From positions 12,302-76,301 of the forward strand of contig CAVSOU010000005.1 of assembly GCA_963729625.1 (NCBI GenBank): DNA of 64,000 bases, in the 5' to 3' direction. The translations under genes were made by a program, and so were the position numbers. The notes under the pieces are model-generated. The model ran no database searches, was not told the DNA's origin, and worked only from the letters and a program-made list of their open reading frames with translations. Source of the DNA: an uncultured bacterium. Its GTDB lineage: Bacteria > Chloroflexota > UBA5177 > JANWHV01. Shown here in pieces: positions 53,117 through 62,875 of this stretch (positions are counted from its first letter, which is position 1; each line of letters starts with the position of its first letter).

Positions 53117-53225
53117 ACCTTATAAAAATGCCATGCCGCAGGACGCAACATACCTGTCACGAGCCTACACGGTCCGGCATCCAAATCAAGGCAAGGCGGC
53201 GTGCATGCTGCACGTTCCTTGAAAG

Positions 53226-53256
53226 TTGCAGGCACCCATCGCTTCGGTGCCTGCAA
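53226..53256 (-). terminator. rho-independent-type terminator hairpin after rpmE (11-bp perfect stem, 9-nt loop)
   Basis: ttgcaggcacc-catcgcttc-ggtgcctgcaa, beginning 16 nt downstream of the rpmE stop; followed on the minus strand by CTTTC. Confidence 0.55.
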
Positions 53257-53271
53257 GCCAACCTTCCGTAT

Positions 53272-53502
53272 TTAGGAAGCCTTGGCGCCCACAGCCACCG
53301 CGGCAGCGGCGTACTTCTTGCGGAACTTGTCGACGCGGCCCGCGGTGTCGACGATCTTCTGCTTGCCCGTATAGAACGGATGGCAGGCGGAGCACACGTC
53401 CAGGTCCAGGTTCTGGCCCAGCGTGGAGCGGGTCTTGAAGACGCTACCGCAGTTGCAGGTCACCGTGATCTCGGCGTACTCGGGATGGGTATCGGCCTTC
53501 AT
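53272..53502 (-). CDS. rpmE: 50S ribosomal protein L31 (zinc-binding C+ form)
   Basis: [64 protein letters not shown]. Confidence 0.95.
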   Translation of the reverse strand: MKADTHPEYAEITVTCNCGSVFKTRSTLGQNLDLDVCSACHPFYTGKQKIVDTAGRVDKFRKKYAAAAVAVGAKAS

Positions 53503-53643
53503 GTCGCTCTCCAGTAGTCAGGGTGGTTCTGGCGAATCGGTGCGCGGGCCTAGCTTCAAGGCCTTGTCGAACCGCCGCCAAAGGGCCGGGGAGTCTAGCC
53601 CCAGCGTGCGGGACTCACAACCCCCTGTTTTTACGGGGTCGCC

Positions 53644-53666
53644 TTATCCACATTTTCTGTGGATAA
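53644..53666. promoter_or_regulatory. two consensus DnaA boxes in inverted orientation separated by 5 nt
   Basis: TTATCCACA (53644-53652) - ttttc - TGTGGATAA (53658-53666). Related motifs tttcTGTGGCATT (53721-53729) and ttttcgcTGTGGATAG (53848-53856) lie in the same AT-rich spacer upstream of rpmE. Confidence 0.5.
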
Positions 53667-53883
53667 CTCTGTGAGTAGTCCTGCTGCCGGATTTCCAAAA
53701 CGCTGGCAAAACAGCATTTCTGTGGCATTGATCAAATTATGACCATTGCATTTCCATCTGGTATATCAATGGGTTACAGATACTTCATGCCGCAGTGGGG
53801 GCGATGTGAGTCGTAATGCCTTAATAGTCAGGAGATCGGATTTTCGCTGTGGATAGAAACGCCAGACGCTGCGGGAGAATGTC

Positions 53884-55053
53884 CTAAGCCCTCGCCGCAG
53901 CTTGCGATTTTTCGCCATCCAGAAAGCTTCCCACCACGTCGTTGAGGAAGGAAAAGCCCCGCTCGGTCGCCTGCCAGCGCCCGTCCCGCTCCTCCAGGAG
54001 CCCCCGCCGGGCCAGCCCTTCAAGCCGCGGCATGAGGTCCGCTGCGGCAAGCCCGGTGCGCTCCGCGTAGCTCGCCAGCTCAAAACCCGCCTTGAGCCGG
54101 AGCGCGTTCATCGCGAACTCGAACGGCAGTTCCGCTGCGGGCACCGTGCGACGCGCAAGGCTCGCCAGCGGGTCCGCCTGATAGCGGCGCGGCTCGCGCT
54201 GGTGGGTCGTGCGCTCGATGAGCCCAGTCTCGGGGAAGCTGAGCTTGCCATGGGCCCCGGCGCCCACGCCCAGGTAATCGCCAAAGCCCCAGTAGTTGAG
54301 ATTGTGGCGGCACTGGCGGCCGGTGCGTGCGAAAGCGGACACTTCGTACTGCTCAAAGCCCTGCTCGGCCAGCACGGCGTGGCAGTCAGTCTGCATGTCC
54401 CAGGCCATATCCTCATCCGGGATGCCGGTCGGCGGCCGCGCGGCGAACACCGTTCCCGGCTCCAAGGTGAGCTGGTAATGGGAAAGATGCGCGGGCTGGA
54501 GCTTCAGCGCCTCGCGAAGGTCCCGCAACGCCCCATCGCGCCCCTGCGTCGGCAGGGCGTACATCAGGTCCAGGTTGAAGTTCTCAAGGCCCGAGGCGTG
54601 CAGCTCCTCGGCCGAGCGGTACACGTCGGCCGGTACATGGATGCGGCCCAGAATCTTGAGGATCGCCGGATCAAAGCTCTGCGCACCCAGGGACACGCGG
54701 TTCACCCCGGCCGCGCGGTACTCGGCAAAACGCCCGCGCTCAACGGTGGCCGGGTTGGCCTCCAGGGTCACCTCCGCATCCGGCGCCAGGGGCAGATGGG
54801 CACCCAGGTACTCAAGCACCCGCTCGATGGCCGCCGGCGCGAACAGGCTCGGCGTGCCGCCACCCAGGAACACGCTGGATACGATCCGCCCGGCAAGCCC
54901 GGGGGCCTGCGCGGCGATATCGGCCTTAAGCGCCGCAAGGTAGCGCTGCTCCGGCAGCGGTTCGCTCAAGGTGAAGGAGTTGAAATCGCAGTACGGGCAT
55001 TTCTGCACGCACCACGGAAAGTGCAGGTAGACCGCAAGCGGCGGCGTGATCAC
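53884..55053 (-). CDS. hemW: radical SAM heme chaperone HemW (coproporphyrinogen III oxidase-like)
   Basis: 389-aa intact ORF: [21 protein letters not shown] (CxxxCxxC), [26 protein letters not shown]. Confidence 0.9.
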   Translation of the reverse strand: MITPPLAVYLHFPWCVQKCPYCDFNSFTLSEPLPEQRYLAALKADIAAQAPGLAGRIVSSVFLGGGTPSLFAPAAIERVLEYLGAHLPLAPDAEVTLEANPATVERGRFAEYRAAGVNRVSLGAQSFDPAILKILGRIHVPADVYRSAEELHASGLENFNLDLMYALPTQGRDGALRDLREALKLQPAHLSHYQLTLEPGTVFAARPPTGIPDEDMAWDMQTDCHAVLAEQGFEQYEVSAFARTGRQCRHNLNYWGFGDYLGVGAGAHGKLSFPETGLIERTTHQREPRRYQADPLASLARRTVPAAELPFEFAMNALRLKAGFELASYAERTGLAAADLMPRLEGLARRGLLEERDGRWQATERGFSFLNDVVGSFLDGEKSQAAARA

Positions 55054-55643
55054 CGGCTTCCCGGCAGCTGTTCCAGAAGGAGGCCCAGCGCGATCGCGCG
55101 GTGACTGATCGCGTTCTTCTCCCCGTCCGTCATCTGGGCGGCCGTAAGAGGCGACCCTGCCGGCACGAATACGGGGTCGTAGCCAAACCCACCCTGCCCC
55201 CTGGGCGAATGGGCGATGTGCCCCTCCCAGTCACCGTGGGCGATTACAGGCTCGGTATCGTAGGCATCGCGCACGAACGCGATCACACAGCGGTAGCGTG
55301 CGCTGCGGCGTGCCTCCGGTACGTCCACCAGCTCGCGCAGCAGCAGCTGCAGGTTCTCAAGGTCCGTCGCTTCCTCCCCGGCATAGCGCGCCGAACGCAC
55401 GCCCGGGCGGCCGCCCAGCGCGTCGACCTCAAGGCCGGAGTCATCGGCGAGCGCGGGCAGTCCCGTGACCTTCGCCGCGTGACGGGCCTTTAACAGCGCG
55501 TTGGCCTCAAAGCTCTCGCCGGTCTCCTCGACGCTGGCCACGCCCAGCTGCGTCTGCAGCAGCAGCTCAAAGCCGCGCGGCGCCAGCAGCGCCGCGAGTT
55601 CGCGCTGCTTGCCGGCATTGCCCGTGGCGAGCACGACGCGCAT
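55050..55643 (-). CDS. rdgB: dITP/XTP pyrophosphatase (HAM1/RdgB)
   Basis: [20 protein letters not shown]..., [34 protein letters not shown] overlap with hemW. Confidence 0.9.
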   Translation of the reverse strand: MRVVLATGNAGKQRELAALLAPRGFELLLQTQLGVASVEETGESFEANALLKARHAAKVTGLPALADDSGLEVDALGGRPGVRSARYAGEEATDLENLQLLLRELVDVPEARRSARYRCVIAFVRDAYDTEPVIAHGDWEGHIAHSPRGQGGFGYDPVFVPAGSPLTAAQMTDGEKNAISHRAIALGLLLEQLPGSR

Positions 55644-55654
55644 GGGTAGCTCCC

Positions 55655-56407
55655 TTATCCGGCCAGTGGAAGCGGTAGCGAGAGCGCCTGCGTCTGAAGC
55701 TCAAACAGCCTCGAAGTTCCCTGGGAGGCCAGCTCCAGCAGCTCATCCAGCTCGCTGCGGCGCAGCGGATGGCCCTCAGCCGTGCCCTGCACCTCGATGA
55801 AGCCGCCGCCGGAGTTCATGACGACATTCATGTCCGTCTCGGCGCCGGAGTCCTCGACGTAGTCCAGGTCCAGCACCGGGCGGCCGCCTACGATCCCCAC
55901 GGACACCGCGGCGATCTGCCCGTGCAGCGGGCTCTTGATGCCCCGCTTGGCCACCAGCTGGGCGCAGGCATCGGCGAGCGCCACATAGGCGCCGGTCACC
56001 GAGGCGGTACGCGTGCCGCCATCGGCCTGCAGCACATCACAGTCCAGCGTCACGGTGCGCTCGCCTAGGGCGGTCAAGTCCAGGGCCGCGCGCAGCGAAC
56101 GGCCGATCAGTCTCTGGATCTCCTGCGTCCGTCCCGACTGCTTGCCGCGGGCGGCCTCGCGGGCACCACGCGTGTGCGTGGCCCGGGGCAGCATGCCGTA
56201 TTCGGCCGTGACCCAGCCCTGACCCTTGCCGCGCAGGAAGGACGGCACCCCCTCCTCGATGCTCGCCGTGCACAGCACGCGGGTGTTGCCGAATTCCACC
56301 AGCACCGAGCCTTCGGCGTAGCGCGTGAAACCGCGGGTGAAACGCACGGCGCGCAGCGCATCGAAAGCGCGGCCGTCATGGCGCAGCGCAGGGGCAGTAT
56401 CGGTCAT
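55655..56407 (-). CDS. rph: ribonuclease PH
   Basis: [69 protein letters not shown]...[23 protein letters not shown]. Confidence 0.95.
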   Translation of the reverse strand: MTDTAPALRHDGRAFDALRAVRFTRGFTRYAEGSVLVEFGNTRVLCTASIEEGVPSFLRGKGQGWVTAEYGMLPRATHTRGAREAARGKQSGRTQEIQRLIGRSLRAALDLTALGERTVTLDCDVLQADGGTRTASVTGAYVALADACAQLVAKRGIKSPLHGQIAAVSVGIVGGRPVLDLDYVEDSGAETDMNVVMNSGGGFIEVQGTAEGHPLRRSELDELLELASQGTSRLFELQTQALSLPLPLAG

Positions 56408-56417
56408 GGGGTGAAGT

Positions 56418-57161
56418 CTATTCCTTGATCCGCAGCAGCGCCGCGGTGGTGTTGTCGCTGCCCAGGCCGCCGCGTTGCACCGCGAGCCGGGCCAGCATTT
56501 CCAGCGACGGCGTCAACGGTCCATCCGTCGACAGCGCGCTGGTGATGTCCTCGTCAGTCAGGTTCGCCCAGAAACCATCTGTGCAGACCAGCAGGATGTC
56601 GCCGGGCTGCACGCGCTGCAGCCGCCCGATGCTCATCTCCGGCAGCATCGGGTCACCGCCGATGCAGACCTCGACGAAGTTGCGCAGCGGATGGGTCAGC
56701 GCCTGCTCGGCGCTGATGAGCCCTTCCTGCAGTAACAGCTCCACGTGGCTGTGGTCGCGCGTGCGCCGGTGCACCCGGCCGCCACGCAGCAGGTAGATGC
56801 GCGAGTCACCCATGTGCCCGAACCACGCCGTGCCCTCCTGCACCAGGCAGACGGCAACCGTGGCCCGCGGCCGCCGCTCGATCGCAACGCCTGCGCCCAG
56901 CAGGGTGACCTCCTCGTGCGCCCGGCCCAGCGCCAGGTGCAGGAAGCCCATCGGATCCAGCAGCGGCTGCAGCGGCTGGCCGAAACGCTCGACCAGGACC
57001 TTGGCGCCCAGCTCCGCGGCGCGCTCCCCGTGCGCATGCCCGCCCATGCCATCCAGCACCACCAGCAGCGCGGCGTGCGGCGACACGACCGCGGTCGCGC
57101 GGTCCTGATTGTCCTCGCGCGCTCCCAGCAGGCTGACTTCGGCGTAATCGACGCGCAACAT
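56418..57161 (-). CDS. PP2C-family Ser/Thr protein phosphatase
   Basis: [56 protein letters not shown]. The track ORF extends to 57197, but MLRVDY at 57161 is the likelier start. Confidence 0.85.
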   Translation of the reverse strand: MLRVDYAEVSLLGAREDNQDRATAVVSPHAALLVVLDGMGGHAHGERAAELGAKVLVERFGQPLQPLLDPMGFLHLALGRAHEEVTLLGAGVAIERRPRATVAVCLVQEGTAWFGHMGDSRIYLLRGGRVHRRTRDHSHVELLLQEGLISAEQALTHPLRNFVEVCIGGDPMLPEMSIGRLQRVQPGDILLVCTDGFWANLTDEDITSALSTDGPLTPSLEMLARLAVQRGGLGSDNTTAALLRIKE

Positions 57162-57301
57162 CCTTCTCCCGCGCGACCTGATCCGCGCGATGGGCAACAG
57201 CCTTGGGGGCCGGTGCGATTGGGCTAAACTGGCCGCGCTTTATAACACCCGGGCACCAGTACCGGAAATTCCTACATTCACGACCAGACTTAACCACACC
57301 C

Positions 57302-58177
57302 ATGATCGCCAGCATGACGGGCTTTGCCCGCCGCGAAGCAGCCCTTGCCCAGGGCACCCTGGTCTGCGAGCTGCGCAGCGTCAACCACCGCTACCTTGAG
57401 GCCGGCCTGCGGCTCCCGGAGGAGCTGAGGAGCCTGGAGGGGGAGTTCCGCGCCCAGCTGCAACGCGACCTGCGCCGTGGCAAGGTCGACTGCACCTTCA
57501 CCTACCGCAGCGCAGGCCCGTCGGACCGCAAGCTGGAGCTCGACCCCGCCCTGCTGGCCCAGCTCACCGAGCGGCTGGCCCAGGTCGCCGCGGCGGTCCC
57601 TGCGGGCGGCGCCCAGACGAGCGTGGACCTGGTGGAGCTGCTGCGCTTCCCCGGGGTGCTGCGCGAGGCGGCCAGCGACAATGAGCCCCTGCTCAAGGCC
57701 GCCCGCACGCTCTTTGGCGAGGCGATCCGGGACTTGTCGGCGATGCGCTCGAGCGAGGGCGGCCGCCTGGCCGAACTGATCCTCACCCGCTGCACGCAGC
57801 TGGAGGAGCTGGTCGGGCGCGTGCGCACGCGTCTGCCTGAGGTGCACGCGCTGATCCGCGCCCGCTTCAACGAGCGCCTGGGGGAGCTGCGCAAGGAGCT
57901 GGATCCGGATCGCCTGGAGCAGGAGGTCGCCTTGAGCCTGCAGCGCCTGGACGTGGCGGAGGAGATGGATCGCCTCGCCGGCCACCTGACCGAGACGCGC
58001 AAGATCATCGCAAGTCCCGAGGCCGCCGGGCGCAGGCTGGATTTCCTCATGCAGGAGTTCAACCGCGAGGCCAACACGCTCTCCTCCAAGTCCCAGGACC
58101 TGGAGACCACGCGCGCCGCGGTCGACATGAAGGTGCTGATCGAACAGATGCGCGAGCAGGTGCAAAATTTGGAGTGA
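57302..58177 (+). CDS. yicC: YicC-family stress-induced protein
   Basis: MIASMTGFARRE......CELRSVNHRYLE...EGGRL...RLDVAEEMDRLAGHL...GRRLDFLMQEFNREANTLSSKS...KVLIEQMREQVQNLE. Confidence 0.9.
   Translation: MIASMTGFARREAALAQGTLVCELRSVNHRYLEAGLRLPEELRSLEGEFRAQLQRDLRRGKVDCTFTYRSAGPSDRKLELDPALLAQLTERLAQVAAAVPAGGAQTSVDLVELLRFPGVLREAASDNEPLLKAARTLFGEAIRDLSAMRSSEGGRLAELILTRCTQLEELVGRVRTRLPEVHALIRARFNERLGELRKELDPDRLEQEVALSLQRLDVAEEMDRLAGHLTETRKIIASPEAAGRRLDFLMQEFNREANTLSSKSQDLETTRAAVDMKVLIEQMREQVQNLE
58157..58175 (+). repeat. copy 1 of the 19-nt direct repeat caggtgcaaaatttggagt (the authentic last codons of yicC)
   Basis: Exact string; its last base is the first base of the yicC TGA stop. Confidence 0.95.
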
Positions 58178-58384
58178 TCTGCGGCGGAAACCGCCCGCAG
58201 ACGCCTGCGGTGGTGGCGCACGGACAGGGGCGTCACGATATTGCCCAGAGCACCAACGGCTGGTCGATCGCGTATTTACGCAACTCGCGCCTGAGTAAAA
58301 GTGCTGAACGGGTAGCTACGCTGCCATCGCTGGCTGCGCCGCGCTGAACTAGGATCAAGCGGGGTTGACGGGGGCGCAGCGACT

Positions 58385-59017
58385 ATGGACAGACTCAGGG
58401 TCGGTATCCTGATCTTCGACGGCGTCGAGGTGCTGGATTTTTGTGGCCCGTTTGAAGTGCTATCCGTGACTCGTCTCGATGAGGCCACCCGACGCGAGCA
58501 ACCCTCACCCTTCGAAGTCTCGCTGCTTGCCGAGACGGATCAACCGGTGGTGGCCACTGGCGGACTGCGCGTGCTGGCCGACTACCAGCTCGCCAACTGC
58601 CCGCCCTTGGACGTGCTGCTGGTGCCCGGCGGCTGGGGGACCCGCAGGGAAATGAACAAACACCGTCTGCTCGAGTGGATCGCGCAGCGTGGCGCACAGG
58701 CCCGACTGCTGACCTCGGTGTGCACCGGCGCCCTGTTGCTCGGCTAGGCTGGCCTCTTGGACGGCAAGCGCGCGACGACGCATTGGCAGGCCCTGAGCCT
58801 GAAGCAGAAGCGGTTTCCCAATACCTGCGTCGAGCACAATCTGCACGTGGTCGAGGACGGTAATCTATTAACGTCGGCGGGCATTTCGGCCGGCATCGAT
58901 ATGGCGCTGCGTGTCGTCTGGCGCTACTGCGGTGAGTCCGTGGCTCGGGCGACCGCGCGCTATATGGAGTATCCGTTCCCGGAGAACAATGCGCGCCGCA
59001 TCGCGCTGGACGAGTGA
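58385..59017 (+). pseudogene. DJ-1/PfpI (class I glutamine amidotransferase-like) family protein with an in-frame TAG at 58745-58747
   Basis: RVGILIFDGVEVLDFCGPFEVL..., DVLLVPGGWG, LTSVCTGALLLG*AGLLDGKRATTHW, LLTSAGISAGIDMAL. The two ORFs 58385-58747 and 58757-59017 are in the same frame. Confidence 0.75.
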
Positions 59018-59085
59018 ACTGTTCCTGACCACCGGCCCGTTCCAAGGGGCTTCCAAGCGGTCACGAGCCGAACAAGTTCCGGGGC

Positions 59086-59364
59086 CTACCGTGACCGCAA
59101 TTCCTGGCGCAACACGTCACGCAGCCTACGCACCGTAAGCGGGGCGTCGTCCGCATTCATGGCAGCGCGCAGCGTGTCGTTGATGAGCGTCTGGTAGTTG
59201 CCGCCGCCCTTCACTTGGGCACGGAACCACGCCAAGACATCCGCGTCGATGCGGATCGTGATGCGCTCCTTGCTCTCGTTCTCCTTCTGGATGCGGGCAA
59301 GGTGGGGAACATCCTTCGCCCGCTTTGCACGGCTGAAATCAAGCTCGGGCATTTCCGTCTTCAT
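59086..59364 (-). CDS. brnA: BrnA-type antitoxin (ribbon-helix-helix/CopG-like)
   Basis: MKTEMPELDFSRAKRAKDVPHLARIQKE.....ITIRIDADVLAWFRAQVKGGGNYQTLINDTLR. The ATG overlaps the stop of the upstream brnT-like gene (ATGA). Confidence 0.7.
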   Translation of the reverse strand: MKTEMPELDFSRAKRAKDVPHLARIQKENESKERITIRIDADVLAWFRAQVKGGGNYQTLINDTLRAAMNADDAPLTVRRLRDVLRQELRSR

Positions 59365-59636
59365 GGCAGCTCCTCGTATTGACGCGCTGCGCCTGCGCTC
59401 GCCTTGCGGGCCGAAATGATGCGCGTAACATCCGGGCCGCGTTCCGTCCACACCACATACAGCAGCCGATCAGAGAAGGCTCTGCCCAGCGTGACAAACC
59501 GGGCTTAATCTTCGGCCGTCGGGTCATCACGTGTCAGACCGAGCGGGTCTTCGAGCGCACCCACAGCATCCGCGAAATCCACCTCGTGCTTGCAAATGTT
59601 CTCCTGCCGCTTGGCTTCGTCCCACTCGTTGCGCAT
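59361..59636 (-). pseudogene. brnT: BrnT-type toxin (DUF497) with an in-frame TAA
   Basis: MRNEWDEAKRQENICKHEVDFADAVGALEDPLGLTRDDPTAED*ARFVTLGRAFSDRLLYVVWTERGPDVTRIISARKASAGAARQYEE. Confidence 0.65.
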
Positions 59637-59760
59637 AGTCTATTGTATGCACGTCGTGCATACAGTCAATACCGCTACGCTTCACCGGGAGATGTATAGC
59701 TGGCCCTAAAACGCGTCAAAGTTTTTATCATTATCAACGCGATACGAGCACCGTAAATTG

Positions 59761-59779
59761 CAGGTGCAAAATTTGGAGT
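59761..59779 (+). repeat. copy 2 of the 19-nt repeat caggtgcaaaatttggagt
   Basis: Exact string. The roughly 30 nt upstream (ttatcaaCgcgAtacgAgcaccGTaaattG) are about 75-80 percent identical to the region upstream of copy 3. Confidence 0.95.
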
Positions 59780-59865
59780 CAATTTGAGGTAACAGCTGGA
59801 GAGCCAACATCCGGTTACTCCGGATGGTCCTGTACGGTAAAATGCCGTATCTTCTGGAGGCGCCC

Positions 59866-60141
59866 ATGCCCACCACCACCGCCCGTTTCGATCTCAAACT
59901 GGATTCCGGCGAAAAGGAAATCATCGCGCGGGCAGCTGCCCTCATGGGAACAACCATGGCCGGCTTTGTGCGAGCGGCAGCCAAGGAGAAAGCGCAGACA
60001 TTGCTCGAACGTGAAACCCGCGTTGTACTCAGCGAACGCGATTTCGCGCGTTTTGCAGCGGCCGTCAGCGGACCTTTCGAACCAAACGCGCACTTGTCGC
60101 GGGCGCTGAAGGAGGCACGGCGGAAAGTGCGTCGTGCTTGA
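59866..60141 (+). CDS. tacA: DUF1778/TacA-type antitoxin (RHH)
   Basis: MPTTTARFDLKLDSGEKEIIARAAALMGTTMAGFVRAAAKEKAQTLLERETRVVLSERDFARF. Overlaps the downstream GNAT gene by 8 nt. Confidence 0.75.
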   Translation: MPTTTARFDLKLDSGEKEIIARAAALMGTTMAGFVRAAAKEKAQTLLERETRVVLSERDFARFAAAVSGPFEPNAHLSRALKEARRKVRRA

Positions 60142-60619
60142 GGAACGCGCATTCGATATCGGTGTACATGACCGCGGCGGTTTCGATTGCGGTGTTCCCG
60201 AACTCAACAATTACTTGAGACGCTTCGCGGAGCAGCATCGCCGCAAAGGTATCAGCACACCGTTCGTGCTGGTGGATGTCGATACGCCGCACGAGATCTT
60301 GGGCTACTACTGCCTTAGCGCAGCACAAGTAGACGCGACAGAATTGGGGGAAAGTGCCCGCAGGAAACTGCCACGTTATCCGGTGCCGTGCTTTCGTCTC
60401 GGTCGGCTGGCGGTGCACAAGCGCCTGCGCGGGCAGGGCATAGGGAAACTGCTGCTAGCCTGCGCCATCGATCGCTGCCTGAAGGCACGGAGCGACGTGG
60501 CAGCCTACGCGCTGATTGTCGATGCCAAGGATGAAAACGCCAAGCAGTTCTACGAGCGCTACGGATTCGCCGTGCTTGTCAGCGCGCCGATGACACTCTA
60601 CCTGGGGCTTGGCCGATGA
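60134..60619 (+). CDS. tacT: GNAT-family acetyltransferase toxin (TacT-type)
   Basis: [16 protein letters not shown]..., [35 protein letters not shown] (acetyl-CoA binding R/Q-x-x-G-x-G), [16 protein letters not shown]. Confidence 0.8.
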   Translation: MLEERAFDIGVHDRGGFDCGVPELNNYLRRFAEQHRRKGISTPFVLVDVDTPHEILGYYCLSAAQVDATELGESARRKLPRYPVPCFRLGRLAVHKRLRGQGIGKLLLACAIDRCLKARSDVAAYALIVDAKDENAKQFYERYGFAVLVSAPMTLYLGLGR

Positions 60620-61509
60620 TGGACGTGGACGGGCTCATCGCCTCGATCATCCGCGACGAGGATCGCGTGCCACGTGAAGTTATCGAAGAGTGCGCACGTT
60701 GGGGACCCGCGATGGTCGAAGCCTTGGACCGAATCGTCGGTCCCGCAGCGGACTGGAGTTCCTGTGCCAGTGATGGCCACTGGTGGCTGCGGCTGCACGC
60801 GGCGTTCATTCTCGGCCTGATGGACGATACAGAGTCAGGCCGCCTGCTCGCACACCTGATGCGACGGCTTGCGGCCAATGAAGACGAGAACATCGAAGAC
60901 TGGCTGGCCGGCTACTGGCCTGCCCTGTTCCGCAACAAGCCCGAGGAAGTTCTTCCGGACATCGAAGCCATTGCATGGACTGACTTCGCACAACCCTACT
61001 TCCGTGTGCATGTGCTGGAAGTTTTGCTGGCAGCGGCTCTGCGACGAGGCCCCGGGGAACTCGATGCACTCCTTGCACACATAGCGGAGTGGATCGCGGC
61101 CGCACCGGATCAGGAGGAGCGCGCGCTGACTGCCAACATCCTGCTGGATTTTCCGCGCTCCGCCCACCGAGCCTTGCTGAGTGATATGGCGGCACGGCAG
61201 AAGGGCATGTTCGGCTTGTTTGACGAATCCGATGTCGAATGCTCGTATGCCAAGGGCGACCAACCCGGCTGGTTGCGCTTCGAGGATCCCTGGAGGTTTT
61301 ATTCACCTGATCAGATCGACGCCCGACAAAAACGCTGGGCCGAGGAGGATGAGAGGCGCTCGCGGAACGCTGTCGCCGAAGCCGCAGGGATCGACGAATC
61401 CCTTTACGAGCAGGAGCCGTATCTGCGCAATACGCTCAAAGTGGGTCGCAACGATCCGTGCCCGTGTGGCAGTGGCAAGAAATACAAAAAATGCTTGAGC
61501 GGCGTGTAG
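60616..61509 (+). CDS. SEC-C-motif protein (DUF1186-like N-terminal domain)
   Basis: 297-aa intact ORF ending ...[18 protein letters not shown]. The start overlaps the tacT stop (ATGA). Confidence 0.75.
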   Translation: MMDVDGLIASIIRDEDRVPREVIEECARWGPAMVEALDRIVGPAADWSSCASDGHWWLRLHAAFILGLMDDTESGRLLAHLMRRLAANEDENIEDWLAGYWPALFRNKPEEVLPDIEAIAWTDFAQPYFRVHVLEVLLAAALRRGPGELDALLAHIAEWIAAAPDQEERALTANILLDFPRSAHRALLSDMAARQKGMFGLFDESDVECSYAKGDQPGWLRFEDPWRFYSPDQIDARQKRWAEEDERRSRNAVAEAAGIDESLYEQEPYLRNTLKVGRNDPCPCGSGKKYKKCLSGV

Positions 61510-61582
61510 CTGGCGGTGCAGCTATTATCGGATGCCGACCATTTCCGTAAATTTATCAATGCGCTACGCGCACCAGAAATTC

Positions 61583-61601
61583 CAGGTGCAAAATTTGGAG
61601 T
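61583..61601 (+). repeat. copy 3 of the 19-nt repeat caggtgcaaaatttggagt
   Basis: Exact string followed by ag (TAG), so the local frame reads MRYAHQKFQVQNLE*, a degenerate YicC C-terminus. Confidence 0.95.
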
Positions 61602-62022
61602 AGTTAGCATAGCGAACTACTTCCAGCACCCTGACCTGCCGTCTCTTTACCGCACTGAATTCATGCGGAGAATGGGCTCGTCGTCGCAACAATCGTCTGC
61701 TCAAGGCGCCCTGCAGACAACACGAGTATCAGGGCGATCCACCCCGAAACACTCTGGTCGCATTGTCGACGTTGAGTCCGGAGCTGACTGTGCGCTAGGT
61801 CAACCCACACTCAACTAATATTTGTATAAGAAGGAAAGGTGTGTTTGCGCCGATTGACTCTCCGGCGTGGCGACTGCGACGGCGACTTCGGAGCGTGGTG
61901 AGTCGCCCGCAAGAAGAATGGAGGTGGCCCCATGGACATCCCTTCGTCCTCTTGCCGGGGCCTTGTGCCGGCCCCGTGCAACCCCCTGATGGCCAAGCCC
62001 CGGGCGGGGCAGGCTCTGCGCC

Positions 62023-62802
62023 TCAGCCCTTGCAGGGGTGCGGCGCCCACTTGGAGCCGTCGGGCTCCTTGCGAAAATGCGAGCTGGTCATGAACTGGCG
62101 CTGCAGGTATTGCGGGTCGTCGACCAGCGTCGTGACCACGAACCACTGACTGCCATCGGCGACCGGGAACGTGTCGTAGTACTCGGTGATCTTCGCGTTC
62201 TCGCTGTAGGGCACGCCATTACGTCGCAGCCAGCCTGCCGTGTGGTTATCGGTCACCACGTGCAGCGAACCGTTCGGTGGGAGCCTGCTCGGGTCGGCGG
62301 CCGGGCCAGCCAACAAGTCGGTTGGGTCGACGGAGTATTCCCAGTTCGCAAGCGAGTTGCCCTGCAGCGTGCGCGGACCGGCCTTGATGTCGGCCTTGTC
62401 AAAGTTCAGCACGCGCGTCTGCTGGCCCCAGTCGGACTCGATCTTCAGCGTCTGGTCGTCGACCCAGGTGATGTGCAGGCGCGTGGGCATGCGCAGCAGG
62501 TTGCCGACGCCGTAGGCCTTGCACGAGCCGTCGTTGGCGTCCGTCCAGGTGTCGGCCTGCTTCTTGCCCTCGGGGTTGAGCGGCACGCTCTGGTAGTCGC
62601 CCTTGGCCGGCGTGACCATGCGGTAACGCCAGTCCTCGTTGACGATCGAGACCCAGTAGCCGGCCAGGTCGATCGGGGCTGCAACCTTCGGGGCCGGCGG
62701 CGGGCCGGTCGGACCGCGCGGGGCCTGCTGCGCAGTGGCCATCTGCCCCAGCGTAAGCAGTGCCACCGCGAGGGTGATGCTCTTAACGGCGCTGATCTTC
62801 AT
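62023..62802 (-). CDS. secreted protein of unknown function
   Basis: MKISAVKSITLAVALLTLGQMATAQQ signal peptide followed by 230 aa of non-repetitive sequence. The track ORF extends upstream, but that part overlaps the MBL gene and looks non-coding. Confidence 0.65.
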   Translation of the reverse strand: MKISAVKSITLAVALLTLGQMATAQQAPRGPTGPPPAPKVAAPIDLAGYWVSIVNEDWRYRMVTPAKGDYQSVPLNPEGKKQADTWTDANDGSCKAYGVGNLLRMPTRLHITWVDDQTLKIESDWGQQTRVLNFDKADIKAGPRTLQGNSLANWEYSVDPTDLLAGPAADPSRLPPNGSLHVVTDNHTAGWLRRNGVPYSENAKITEYYDTFPVADGSQWFVVTTLVDDPQYLQRQFMTSSHFRKEPDGSKWAPHPCKG

Positions 62803-62875
62803 GAGATGCTTTCTCCAGGACTGTTCGTTCAGCCGTGCGCTGCCTGGGCCCGGGCCCCGCGGCGGCGCCGGGTGC

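Noticed and set aside
53503-53883. Chromosomal replication origin
   Set aside because: There are only about four DnaA-box-like motifs. I saw no obvious 13-mer AT-rich DUE repeats and no dnaA, dnaN, gidA or parAB context. It is kept as a DnaA-box cluster finding instead.
58157-61601. Reading the 19-nt repeats as XerCD dif-like sites or integron attC sites
   Set aside because: The repeat has no internal dyad symmetry or dif-like central spacer. No R'/R'' core (GTTRRRY) was seen and there is no intI nearby. It is simply the yicC 3' end.
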